From the NCBI GenBank assembly GCA_043228905.1, contig JBHGNT010000015.1:8246001-8310000 (forward strand): a DNA stretch of 64,000 nt. The letters run 5' to 3'. A program made the translations under genes and the position numbers. Below, in pieces: positions 35,907 through 48,930 of this stretch. This DNA is from Azolla caroliniana. Its lineage: Eukaryota > Plantae > Polypodiophyta. The notes beneath the pieces are model-generated. The model made no database searches and was not told the DNA's origin. It saw nothing but the letters and a program-made list of their open reading frames with translations. Every line of letters begins with the position of its first letter. The first letter of the stretch is position 1.

Positions 35907-36917
35907 TGATGAGGAGAGAGAGAAAAATGATAGATAAGAGAAGAGGAAGAGAAAAGAATACTTGAATATATTATTAAGAAAAGAATACAATCTTCTTATA
36001 CTCCAAGAGTAACAACCCCAAATAACTACTTCAATATACTATTACTAAAATAGTCTTTCCTTCTTCTCTCTTTCTTCTACTAATCATCTTCTCAATTCTT
36101 CTAATCTTCTTTTTTTCCCTTAGTTCTTCTTGTAGATCTTCTATCCCCCCCGTCCTATTACTAAGAATACCACATATTTATAGGGTTTTGATTGCGTTAT
36201 TCTTGATTTTTTCTTTTCTTTTCTTTTACATATCCTCGAGTTTGTGTGGTGCGTTTTGCATATCATTATTTTTGGTTTGTCATCCAAATTTGTCATACAA
36301 GAAAGCTCTCTTTGTCAGCTTTCTTATGAATCTTTTCTTTTGAAATTTGGATAAGAGATGAAGAAGCTTTTTTCTCTACCTTGCTTTTTCTGCTTAATTT
36401 CCTGCGTTTCCACTCACACTCACACTCCCTCTTGTGCACATTTCCACATAGACACAACAAAACTTCACATACAAACCTTCTCATTCATCCATCCCTGTAC
36501 CTCTCGTACGGATAACACATATGGTACAAACATGGGACAGTGCATTGCACGTCAAACCCACATGCCTATATCAAAACATCTCATTCGACCAGAACTCCCT
36601 CTGTCTTCTCTTCGGTCAGAACTCCCTCAATCGGAACTTGCTTGACTCGAACATCCCATTCTATGAGCACATCTCCACGACACGAAAATCTCGTTCTGTC
36701 AGCACATTTTCTAACGTATTAACTTTGACACTCTCGTTGGGTCTTGAAATGACGTGTGTATGTTTGTGTTCTTCCTTTATTTTATGTGAGTAGTCTTGAG
36801 TTTATGAAATTTTGTTGATGCCCTTTGTTTTTTTTTTTGAAATTTCATTATCTGCGCTCGACTTATGCTGTCGTGTTTCCTGAAATTTCTCGCATGCCCC
36901 TCTCTTTTTCTTTTCCT

Positions 36918-37725
36918 TCGGTGCCCCACGATATAATCCGGGTAGAGATGGGAGCAACACCTATAATAACCGAGGCATTGTTCCAATCAGTGACATTTAT
37001 CCAACGTCTTTGGGAGCTCCCTAAATGAAGGTACCCAAGGTTGGCACTTATGTCATCAAGACAATTGGCTTAAAATGGAGACATTCATTGTTGGTATGCT
37101 GAAATGCAGCAATGGTTCGAATCACATGGCATGAGTATAAATGCACTACCCCCATTCCAATATAGCTTGGTCTGTCCCCATCTAAATATGACCAAAGTGG
37201 AAAAGAATAGAGTGATCCAAACTGATATTATTAACTTGGAAAACAAGATAACATGGATCAGCCCCAAAATATCTCTTGGTATAAAGATGGCCCACTATAA
37301 GACACACTTCTTACACACATTGGAGGATGGATTCGTCATCAGGCCACCGTATATGGACATACATCTATCCTATGTGCTGCGTAGTGTGATAGGACAACTG
37401 CGAACTTCCTGACATCAGCTACAGATTGAGGTAGGCAGCTATACATGACTACATCTAGAAGAGAGAATTTGCCAATTGTGTCATCAAGGAGTGGAATCTG
37501 AGGAACACTATGTTTGTCATTGTAGTATCTTTTATGAAATCAGAGGGAGATACCATTGCCTCTTTAAACAAGGCTTTGGCCCACTATGCAAGGTAATGAT
37601 GGAATATGAGGACCAACGATGCCTAAGTCTTTTCTTGCTAGAGCTCAAGAGACATCGAGAAAAGTTGTTGAAGAATACAACCACACAAGCTCATCTACGA
37701 AGAACAATCACAACTTTCTTTAGCC
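36918..37725 (+). mobile_element. LINE internal fragment (C-terminal ORF region)
   Basis: Highly similar to 43660-44465. Confidence 0.88.
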
Positions 37726-38524
37726 AAAGAAAGTACATTATTACATTATTGATACATTGTTAAGTACAATATAGGTAGTGGACGCTAATCCTGAATATTC
37801 AAAACCTCAAATACAACTTATATTTACAAGTATAGAGTCTATTGCTCTTCTTGAACCGTTCAATTTCACTTTTTCTTCTCCCCGTTAATAGTTGGCTTGA
37901 GAGCTGACATATTGTGAAGTCAATTATTGCTCGTAAGAAAAGACTATGACAAATTTCATTGGATGCTAAGGTATATGAGAATAAAGCACGATATGAATGG
38001 TTCAAGAGTTAAAAGGCAAAGGAACTTGAAGGGATATCAAGTTAGAGGCGTTTTTCAAAAGTAGAAAACGCAAGAAAAAAGAAAAAGAAAAAATGACGCA
38101 GAAAAAGCAAGGTAGAGAAAAAAGCTCATAACTTCTTTATCTCATATCCAAATTTCAAAAGAAAGGTGACAAAGAGAGCTTTCTTGTATGACTAATTTGG
38201 CATGACAAAGCAGAAATAGTGATATAAAAAAATGCCTCACATAAACTCGAGGATATGTAAAAAAAAAAGAAAAGAAAAAAGCAAGAATAACGCAACTAAA
38301 AACCTATAAATAGGAGGTTATTCTTAGCAATGAGGGAGGAGAAAGAATAAGAAGGCTAGAAGAAGTGAGAGGAGTCTTAGCAGAAGCAAGAGAAAAGAAG
38401 GAAAGACTATTATGAACTAGTATCATTGAGATTTAAGTAGTTCTTTAGGGTTGTTACTTTTGGAGTCTAAGAAGATGGTATTGTTTTCCTAATAGTATAT
38501 TATCCTTTCTCTTCGTCTTCTCTT

Positions 38525-39025
38525 CCACAAAGAACAATCACATCTTTCTTTAGCCCCATCACTCCTAATGCTAGAAGTCAACCCCGGGATACACAAATGG
38601 GCTTCAGACCAGGACATAACAAAGGGGTTACAATTGATCGGACAATGGCAATTTGCGGTGCACGTAGGCCTCGGCCCCATGGACCACGACCTCAACACCC
38701 TTGTCATTGACAGATAAAAGCCATTATCTCCCGCCATCGTAGGTGCTTCCCTCTCTTCGGAGACATTTCCATTTTGGATCGACCTATGCTAGAGATCTTT
38801 CGAAGACAAAAGCTACAATATACCTAACTTGAGGATGTCACATGTGCTAAAAACCAGATTCCCTCATTAATTTTCTTTTCATGTTATTTACTTTTATATT
38901 TACTGTGTAATATTTATTTTATTTTGATTTGTTCTCAAAGACGAGACAACACTTAAGATGTAATCTCTTATATGGTCTTATAGGCCATTTTGGCCTCTTA
39001 AAAGACATTAATATATCTTTCTTTC
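38525..39025 (+). mobile_element. LINE 3' fragment with (TTTC)n tail
   Basis: Similar to 44435-44940. Confidence 0.85.
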
Positions 39026-39573
39026 TTCTTTGTTCTCTATCTTTTTCTATATCCCTCCATCACATATACCTCTCAAAGACACTTTCCATGTAATTCAAAT
39101 GTTGCCATGTATATTGCCACATGGCATGAATGCAAAGTACCGATGTTAAACCATCCAAATTTGTGTCTCTTGGCCTTTCCATAGACTTTGCAAGGGTTCA
39201 ATGAAGATGCATCCTACGCAGTCATAGGCTTATATTTCATTGGAGATTAGAATCTTTGATCCCTTGTAACATGTGGAGCAGTCCAATTGATTAAGCTAGA
39301 GCCTCGTTTTCCACTTTGATCGTCGGAAATGTCAAGACAATCTTGAATCCTGATTGGTTTGAACCCCTTAACCTTATATAGCACTTAGAGAAAATCAGCT
39401 TGTTTAACCTAAACTATCTTCAAGTCAAACATTTGTTATTTTAATTAGAGTTTCTGCTTATGATGTAAATACTTCATGACAATGGGTCGATGAAATAGGA
39501 GCCCCAAAGATAATTTAAAATGTAAATTCATCTTAATAAGATCTAGTTTTCTGATGCATATGATGTGTTTCAG

Positions 39574-39647
39574 AAGGCAAACTGAGGATTGTTGCCCATC
39601 TTGCAAATTTTGCATATGATCCTTTCAATTACGAGCTCTTCAGAAAG
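39574..39647 (+). CDS. ARMC7: ARMC7 exon 3
   Basis: ttcag|(E)GKLRIVAHLANFAYDPFNYELFRK|gtatgt; contains the LANFAYDP signature. Confidence 0.93.
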
Positions 39648-40465
39648 GTATGTATTTTCTATAAAGTATCAATTTGTCAAGTGTGCACTAAAAGAAAGAA
39701 AAAAGAAATTGATGTGTAAGGCGTGGATAGCAGAGCCTCATTGCAACAGCAGTAGCACTGTGGCATGTGCAACAATGCCAATGTGGTTTAAGTGCAACAC
39801 ATTGGTAGAGTTACCGAGTGTTAAGAGATGGAAATTCAGGAAATTGCTCCTCAGAGGGAATCACAGGGACATTAAAGCCAATTGAGTGGTAGGGTGAGAG
39901 AGTGTGACCTCTCCTGTGTTTGCCTTTGCATATAATGTTGGCAACATCAGAAGTGTATTAAGTTCAAGATCCTCCCCTCTCCAATGGGTTCTTCAAGGGC
40001 TTGAACCTCACTTGTATTAAGGAGAGTAACATATACTCCAGATTATTGCAATGGGAGCATCCACAAAGGAGCAATAATAACTTGGTTCTGATACCAAATG
40101 ATATAAATGACGTGATACATAATAAGGGAGAGACAAAGGAAAACAAAAAGAGAATAATGTGTCCTCTGTAACCAAGCCTTTTATCTTGTGTTTTATGGTT
40201 GAACTTAATGTATTTACAATAGACATGCATGAAGCCCATGTACCTTTAGCTTCATCTGCAAAACTTGTGGTGCTTTGCAAACATGCATGAAAAAAGGAGT
40301 TACATTGTACAGTAAGAGTATCTGAAGTGCAACCAATTGACTTTTAAGTCGGTCCAATCTCATCAATGAAACAGACACACTGGAGATGCAAGATTCTTCT
40401 TGAGCACTTTGCAATGCTGTACAATCTCTCGAATGATTAATAATTGTAACACATAGAAATGGCAA

Positions 40466-40920
40466 GTCTCAACTGAAGTTGTTTCAATATGGAAAAATGC
40501 CAAACCAACAATATCCTAACCTAGTTGTCTCGAACTTCTAATGTAGCAATTGAGAATGCAGATGACACGATGCACCTGAAAATGCACTAGGATCTCTCTT
40601 ATGATTGAAACTCGTAAGGTATAGAATGATGAGTCTTAACTGAAGTTGGTTTGTGATGGAAATATGCCAAATGAGAAATACCCGCATGAATCTGCACAGC
40701 CATTTGTCTCATTAACCATTTATAGCAATGGAGAATGCATATCTACATGATGCATCTGGCTATGCTCTAAAATATCTCATAGGATTAAGACTGGTAATGT
40801 GTAGAGTGAGGAATCTCGATTGAATCTGGTCTGGGATGGAAAAATGGCAAATTTGCTAAGTCGCTTCTCTCCATTAACTTTTTCTGTAGCTATTGGGAAT
40901 GCATATGCTCATGATGCACA
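40466..40920. repeat. Three degenerate tandem copies of a 165-180 bp unit in intron 3
   Basis: Motif agtct.aactgaagtt...atgga.a.atg.caaa recurs at about 40466, 40632 and 40812. Confidence 0.6.
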
Positions 40921-41001
40921 CATATCTCAGGAAGTTCATATTCTTGAACATCAATTATTGATTCAAATATTCTGTTTAGAATCAACACTTTCCTTTTGCA
41001 G

Positions 41002-41095
41002 CTTCATATCATTGATTTGTTTTTGGACTGTCTCACTGAGCCATGTGAAAAAATGGTAGAGTATGGAATTGCTGGAGTTTGCAATTGTTGCCCAG
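41002..41095 (+). CDS. ARMC7: ARMC7 exon 4
   Basis: tgcag|LHIIDLFLDCLTEPCEKMVEYGIAGVCNCCP+G|gtatct. Confidence 0.92.
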
Positions 41096-41314
41096 GTATC
41101 TGTCTATACTATAACGTGATGATCAATGCAAGTGAAAGATCATCTATTTCTGCATTTTGTGCATTATATTGAATTATGTCATGTGTATATGATCTACATG
41201 CATATTCAATGTGTAAATATGTGTATTGTTTTCTATGGATATGTAAGTGTGTAGATGGTCTTATATACCATGAGGTTTGTTTAATTTCTATATACATTTC
41301 ATTCTTTGTTACAG

Positions 41315-41397
41315 ATCCAGCCAATGCAGAGATTATGATAAAAAATGAAGGAATTCCCTTAATCACTGCTTGTTTGTCTAGTCCTTCAGAAAAGATT
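41315..41397 (+). CDS. ARMC7: ARMC7 exon 5
   Basis: tacag|(D)PANAEIMIKNEGIPLITACLSSPSEKI|gtgagt. Confidence 0.92.
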
Positions 41398-41789
41398 GTG
41401 AGTTATTTACTCGACTTATTAATGTCAAACATGATTTGTTAAGTTGTCTGGTTTATTGTCTGTTTATAGTTTTGGCTCGATTTATTTAGCTGGATGTAAC
41501 TTCAATAATATGGATTTATTTTCTTGGCACATAAAAACTTGTTTTTACCATTTTGAATGCTGGTATTTTTAGGTCTCACAGAACTTAATAGTTGTTCAGA
41601 TGAGTTAATACATCTTTCTTCCTTGCTCTTGTGGTGTGATCATAATACATCATGTATTGGAGGGTAGCAACTCTAGACCTGCACTGTCTTTCATCTTTAT
41701 TATATCTCCTTTACATTCTCTCTCTTCCTAGATTCTTCTCTCTCTAGAATCTACAACTCTTTAATTACCTTCTCTTATACCTGAAATAA

Positions 41790-44700
41790 AATTGTTCACT
41801 ATATCGGGTAGACCTATTGGCTTGGCAGCAAATCATGCATATCTACGCTTCGAGGTAAAGGATGGATGCACAAGGGATGTATATGCTAAGGAGAGTGGGC
41901 TGGCTAAGTATCAATTTACTCGTGAGACAATTGACGTGTATAGTTGTGGTGTATACAATGGCATGCTAGATTTAGATCCTTTCTCACCCCTTGAAGAACT
42001 TACCCAAGGATTGTCCAAATCATTGCATAAAGCAGCCACAAATGCCTTCCCTCACACAACGGCCAATCCCCCTAAACTTGGTAGAGTAATACAAAATAGT
42101 TGGTATGATGAGGAATGTCGTGATACAAGGAGATGCTTGCAGCGTGATGTAACTAGGGGCATTTATACACACAACCAAGCAAGAGCAACCTTCCAACGCC
42201 TCGTAACGAAGAAGAAGAGATTGTATTTGGCTAAATTTGAAGATCATTTGTATCGCTTGTTCCTAGGACAAGAGAGTAAAAGAGCATGGATAATGTTTAA
42301 TGAGAGGCAACCCACCACACAACTATACCTCACCTCAGGTGTGGCATGAATATGCAAAGGTTCTATATGATATCCTGGGGCAACCTCCTCTTCCCCACCC
42401 GAATGCCTCATGCCCACATGAATCAACCTTCTTTGCACCACAAAATGTAAGAAATGCCATTGATCGGTTACAAATTGGGAAGGCCCAAGATCATGATGGA
42501 TTGGTGGGTGACACTTTATCTATGCCTACGACACCTTGCTTCCATTGCTAGCACACATCTTTAATAGAGCCATGTGTGAAGGTTTCCCTACTAGATGGAC
42601 ACAACATACCATTGTGCCAATCCTCAAAAGTGGAGACCCCATGATGCCATGCAATTATAGGACAATCATGATTGGTCATTACTTGGCTAAACTATATGGC
42701 TCGATTCTAGAATCAGAATTGAGTAAATGGGCAGAGCAGAATGACTGTCGTTCAGTTGGACATGCAGGCTTTTGGAAGGGGTTCACAACTTTGGATCAAA
42801 TATTCACCCTCCGGGCCCTTATTGAAGAGGGCAGAGCCCACAATAAGAGGATTTATTGTTGCTTTGTGGATTTCCAAAAAGCCTTTGACACTATGCCATG
42901 TGCTCGACTTATGCAGTGGCTAGAAGCCCTTGGTGTTCCTACATATATGCAATGGGGAGTCTATGACCTCTATGAATCCGTGTCAGGAAAAGTGCGGTCT
43001 CCCAAGGGCTTGTCAGAGGCGGTGGTTAGCACAATTGGAGTGAAGCAAGGATGCCCACTATTCCCCACTCTCTTCAGTCTCTATATAGATGAGGTATCAC
43101 ATTACATAGAGAGATTCGGGGGTTCCGGAGCACGCCTAGCAGGTATAGCTATACAAATATTACTATATGCTGATGACATTGTGCTGATTTCTGACTCTCC
43201 GGAGGGACTACAAAGACATCTAAATGCCTTAAAACTATTTTGTACGGACAAAGGTTTGTCAATCAACATGGACAAAACTAAAGTGATGGTGTTTAACACC
43301 ACTCAAGCATGGGTAACAAGATCAGAACCAGAATTCTTCTTGGGAGAAGAAAAGGTGGAATACACACTCTCCTACACATACCTACGAGTAACGTTTACAG
43401 GACCTAGGTTATCCTTACAGGAGGCTGCTTGTGCCCGACTTTCTCACGGATATGCAGCCCTCGGTGCTCTCAAGAGACAATGTGCACATTTGCAGTTCCA
43501 AGAGTCACGCACTAAGCTATGGTTATTTGATACACTTGTCACACCAGGTCTTCTCTATGGAGTAGAAACATGGGGACCGAGTCTTAACAAGGCAAATCAT
43601 TCGAAAGGTTTAGAGAGACCTTTAGTGTCAATGATTGCTCGCATGATAAGGAGCAAAGCATTGGTGCCCCACGATATAATCCGGGCAGAGATGGGAGCAA
43701 CACCTATAATAACCGAGGCATTGTTCCGATCAGTGACATTTATTCAACGTCTTTGGGAGCTCCCTAAATGAAGGTACCCAAGGTTGGCACTTATGTCATC
43801 AAGACAACTGGCTGAAAATGGAGACACTCATTGTTGGTATGCTGAAATGCAGCAATGGTTCGAGTCACATGGCATGAGTATAAATGCACTACCGCCGTTC
43901 CAATATAGCTTGGACTGTCCTCACCTAAATATGACCAAAGTGGAAAAGAATAGAGTGATCCGATCTGATATTATTAACTTGGAAAACAAGATAACATGGA
44001 TCATCCCCAAAATACCACTTGGTACAAAGATGGCCCACTATAAGACGCACTGTTTACATACATCGGAGGATGGATTCGTCATTAGGCCACCGTATATGGA
44101 CATACATCTATCCTATGCGCTGCGTAGTGTGATAGGGCAGCTAAGAATTGTATCACATCGGCTACAAATTGAGGTAGGCAGATATACACGACCACCTCTA
44201 GAAGAGAGAATTTGCCAATTGTATCATCAAGGAGTGGAATCTGAGGAACACTATGTTTGTCATTGTAGTATCTTTTATGAAATCAGAGGGAGATACCATT
44301 GCCTCTTTAAACAAGGCATTGGCCCACTACACAAGGTAATGGAATATGAGGACCAACGATGCGTAGGACTTTTCTTGCTAGAGCTCAAGAGACATCGGGA
44401 AAAGTTGTTGAAGAATACAACCACACAAGCTCATCCACAAAGAACAATCACAACTTTCTTTAGCCCCATGACTCCTACTACTCCTACAAGTCCATCAAGG
44501 GATACACAAATGTGGTCCAGACCAGGACATAACAAAGGGGTTACAATTGATCGGGCAATTGCAATTTGCCGTGCATGTAGGCCCCGGCCCTGTGGACGAC
44601 GACCTCAATACCCTTGTCATTGGCAGATAAAAGCCATTATCTCACGCCATCGTAGGTGCTTCCCTCGCTTCGGAGACATTTCCATTCTGGATCTACCTAT

Positions 44701-44945
44701 GCTAGAGATCTTTCGAAGACAGAAGCTACAATATACCTAACTTGAGAATCTCACATGTGCCAAAAACCAGATTCCTCGTTTCTTCGCTTTTCATCTTATT
44801 ACTTTTATATTTACTGTGTAATATTTATTTTATTTTGATTTGTTCTAAAAGACGAGACAACACTCAAGATGTAATCTCTTATTTCGTCTTATAGGCCATT
44901 TTGGCCTCTTTAAAGACGTTTATATATCTTTCTTTCTTCTTTCTC
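41790..44945 (+). mobile_element. 5'-truncated non-LTR retrotransposon (RTEX-like LINE), degenerate ORF2
   Basis: RT motifs FVDFQKAFD, GVKQGCPL.PTLF and LLYADD; LFDTLV.P.LLYGVETWG; C-terminal SHRLQIEVGRY..ERIC..ESEEHYVCHC; (TTTC)n tail. Confidence 0.9.
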
Positions 44946-44946
44946 T

Positions 44947-45400
44947 GCACAATCAGAGTGAAGCAAGGATGCCCAATATCGCCCACTCTCTTCTTTCTCT
45001 ATATAAATGAGGTATCACATTACATAGAGTGTTTCGGGGCTTTGGGAGCATGCCTAACTATATGCTGATGATAACGTGCTGATTTCTGACGCTCCGGAGG
45101 CAAAGACATCTAAATGCCGTAAAAGTATTTTGTACGAACAAAGGTTTGTTGATAAACATGGATAAAACTACAGTGACGGTGTTTAACTTGAGAGTCCCAC
45201 ATGTTACAATATATCTAACTTGAGAATCTCACATGTGCCGAAAACCAGATTCCCTTGTCTCTTTTTATCTTATTTATTGTGTAATATTTATTTTATTTTG
45301 ACTTGTTGTTCTCAAAGACAAGACAACACTTAAGAGGTAATCTCTTGTTTGGTCTTATAGGCCATTTTGCCCTCTTAAAGGACGCTCTTTCTTTCTTTCT
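44947..45400 (+). mobile_element. Internally deleted older LINE derivative
   Basis: RT piece homologous to 43029-43297 joined directly to the 3' UTR and tail. Confidence 0.75.
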
Positions 45401-45832
45401 TTTTTGTACGTTCTCTCTTCCTAGAATCTTCTCTCTCTAGAATCTGCAACTTTTTAAATGCCTTCTCTCTCTTCCACTTTTCCAAGGTTATTCCCTAACG
45501 TTCCTCATTTATTGTAGCTGTGGGGTAGTACAAGAGTCACTTAACTACCAAACTTCACCCATGTTCCCCAAATTTGTATAAATATGCTATACCAACCTTT
45601 TTTGTAAGAACTGTAATTTTTGCTGCTATTTACAAACATGCCCTGATCTTTGGCTGTGTCTCTACTCTTTGCAACTATTTTGCTACTGCTGTCTAACAAC
45701 TTGGCTGTGTCTATTGTTTCTTCCAACTGTTCTGCTGCTGCTATTAACAAGTTTTCTAACATCATGTTCTTTCATTTTGAACTTTTAAGAAAATTGGCAG
45801 TAATTTGCTCCATTTCCATCATACTCTTGTAG

Positions 45833-45887
45833 GTATTGTGTGCTGTAACAACTCTATACTACTTGTGCACACCTGCAATGAAGATTG
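45833..45887 (+). CDS. ARMC7: ARMC7 exon 6
   Basis: tgtag|VLCAVTTLYYLCTPAMKI+G|gtgagc. Confidence 0.85.
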
Positions 45888-46282
45888 GTGAGCTTTGTAC
45901 CATGGCTTCCTCTAGAGATCTCCACCTTTTAATCTCTTAACTTGCAGTTTAAACCAATTTAATCATTAATAACTAGGTTAATTTGTTGGTTACTCTCTCC
46001 TGTTGTTTCAGGGTCTATTTTTGGGTTTTGCTAGTGGATCTAGTGTCTCAATTAGTATAAAGGCTACATGAACATGAATTTGGGCTTGACAGAGTAATTT
46101 TATGATCTTGTATATTGTCAAGTGCATTGAATACATTAATTTGTGATAAACTGATATTGTGGGTCTCATATGAGCAACACACTATGCAACGAGGAGAAAA
46201 TAGCTAGGTCTTGTAATAGTGAAGGCATCTGCAAAACAAAGGCATGAGGAAAAAGGCATAGGCACTAGCAATCAGATAATAC

Positions 46283-48930
46283 ATGTGGAAGCGTAGTGCA
46301 TGTGTGAGAGTGGGTGTGCCGCAGGTTGTCAAGACCAAAGCGCATTTGTGACCAATTCGTTGAAGTTGTTCTTTAGTCTTTTAAGCTATATAGATTCCCA
46401 TGCAGTTACAGCTGTGCCCCTATATTGGGTCTCAATGCTCAATAGAGCCATTGTTGGTTATTTCTTGCTGCCGCAGGAGATCGCTCAGTTGTGAGTGAAA
46501 ACATAATCTTGTAGTGGATCTTCTGTCAATGCACTGCCTACCCAATCAGCATCCGTGAACCCTTCAAGTCAAATTGGTTCTCCGCCTTATAGAAGATACC
46601 ATGATCAAGTGTTCCACTAACATATCATAACACTTGCTTAGTACAATCCATGTGAGTGTTGCAGGGGTTTGCGTGAACTGGAGAAGAAGCCCGATAGGGT
46701 AGCTGAGTCTGGCTGGGTGATAGTTAATTAGATAAGACTCCTGATTATTTGCCGATACTATGTCGGCTTGCAGAATTTGCCAGAATTTGCACTTAGATTC
46801 ATATTGCGATCAAGGGGTGTCACAATGGACTTACAATTAGTCATTCCGAACTTGTAGAGAAGGTTCAACACATTGTGTCGTTGTGAGAGTAGGAACCCTT
46901 CTTGAGTTTGAATGACCTCGATGTCGAGGAAATAATGTAAGTCATTCTGTTCCTTCATCTTGAACTTTTCTAAAAGCAGCCTTTTAATCTTTTGTGTCTC
47001 GGCAGGGCTTTCTCCATTGATGACAAGGTCATCAACATACAAGGTAATGAAAACCGGGCTTTTGGGATTGTTTCGGATATACTGGGAGTTATCAGATTTT
47101 GACATCTGGGAATCCGATGTTGTGTAGATACAATGTTATCATTGAATGCCATGCTCTCGGGGCTTGCTTCAGTTCGTAGAGCAGCTTCTTCAATCGACTA
47201 ACCACATGTGGATATTTACTCGATTTGAAGCTGGGTGGTTGCATCAAGTAAACCTCCTCTTGTAGCTCGCCTTTGAGGAATTCATTCTTCACGTCCGTTT
47301 GATGCAAGTGCCACCCTTTTGCTGTTGCGAGTGCAATTTCTATCCTCGGGGTAGTCATTTTTGCTACAAGGGCAAATGTTTCCTCATATTCTATGCCATG
47401 GGTTTGTGCATACCCCTTGGCAATTAACTGAGCCTTGAACTGGTTGATCGTGCCATCTGCATCATGCTTTATCTTGAACACCCAGCAACAACCAATTGGT
47501 TTCTTCTTGGTTTCAGAGGCTGGGACTAAATCCTAAGTATCATTGTCGAACATCGTGTGCATCTCCTCCTTCATTGCCTCAATCCACCGGGGATCTTGGG
47601 CAACTTATTTGTAAGTCTTGGGTTCTTGGTCCGCCGCGACCTTCACCATGAATGCATAGTGATGTGCCATGTACTCATTTTACCCAAACCTCACTATCGG
47701 GTTATTTTCTGGGCTCGACAATTTGGCCAATCGAGACTAAATTCTTTGTGATTGTCGGGACATGCAGTACGTCCTTGATGTAGCGCTTGTTGTCGTGATT
47801 GCTAAAGGCCACATCTCCAATGTGCTCAATCGTGTGCGTGGAGTCAGGTCTCCACCACGCCGGGTTTTTTGGGTTCCATCAAATTCATGAACCATTCTTG
47901 ATTACTTGTCATGTGTTTTGAAGCGCTTAGAGTCCACGAACTAGATGTCATTAGGTTGGGAAGTGCATAACAAACATCTTTGTTATCTAGGCCAGCTTTC
48001 GCAACATAGTTCATTTGCTGTGGGGGTGAGGCAGCCAAGTCATTCTTCTTCTTCGGGCACTCTGCTTCAAAGTGGCCAGGTTTTCCACAATACCAGCATT
48101 CTCTTTGCTGGTATTTTTGGGCCGTGGTTGAAGTTTTCGGGCCGTGGTTGAAGCCGGAAAATCTCCTTCAAGTTTTCCTAGTTTTTCTTCGGGGCCTTCG
48201 GGTCTCCAATTTAGCTTCAGGTGTGATCTTGCACACATGCTTCCAAGCAATACATTATCCGGTTGGCGCCTCTCTGCCAAGTGGGGTAGTTGGGGTTTAT
48301 AAGATCAGGGGCTATTTCTTGAGCTCCCTCGATACAACTTCAATAAACTGCCAAACTAGGTACTAGTGCATCTTGTACTCCCAAGATGCATAGTGGTGCC
48401 TGTCCAACTTCTTTGTTGGAAGTGTGCCACCAAGCTGTGCATTCATCTTTCTGATTTAGCTTGATTCGTACGCTCCTCTTGATGTGCTCTTGTTGATGTG
48501 CAACAACACTACTATAACGATAGCCAGTTTGAAATGGCGCCTCTAACTACTCACATAGTTTCAATGGTAGAGCTTGATGAAGGATCTCCAACCCTCACAC
48601 TTTGATACCATGTAAAGAATCTAACTCTCGTAGAGTTGGCGTATGTGGAAGCGTAGTGCGTGCTGGTTAGTAAGAGAAGGAATTTGAGAAAATAACTAGA
48701 AATAGTAAAATACACAATAGGTGGATGACAACTTATGCACTAAAGAGAAAACTATATTAATCAGCTAAAGATCATCAACAAACACAATGGGCCAAGTGGG
48801 TTTTATATACAAGTCCTCAAGGGACTGCCACATTAAATGTGGTTGGTGGAGTCTACTCATAGACATCCATTTGAGTACGATTCTGTCATAACAATATTTT
48901 ATATTCTTTGACCACATTTACACTTGACAA
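46283..48930 (-). mobile_element. Heavily deleted Copia J (F/G-related) in intron 6
   Basis: RT ORFs 46758-47481 (AKGYAQTHGI, LYVDDL); PBS TGGTATCA at 48603-48610; LTR from 48611. Outer limits are approximate. Confidence 0.75.

Larger units (their letters stand above)
35907..39062. mobile_element. Non-coding element with long (about 450 bp) imperfect terminal inverted repeats and TG...CA ends
   Basis: 35907-36380 is the reverse complement of about 38100-38524 plus 39026-39062; ends are TGATG/CATCA; it interrupts the Copia H integrase. Confidence 0.72.
41655..45761 (+). mobile_element. Copia H-family LTR sequence split by LINE insertions
   Basis: LTR start at 41655 and LTR end ...CTAACA at 45761, flanked by TSD TCATG on both sides. 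Confidence 0.8.

Noticed and set aside
39960-40300. Additional LTR element around the minus-strand TGGTATCAG at about 40085-40093
   Set aside because: A PBS-like motif is present, but no partner LTR or coding remnant could be delimited.
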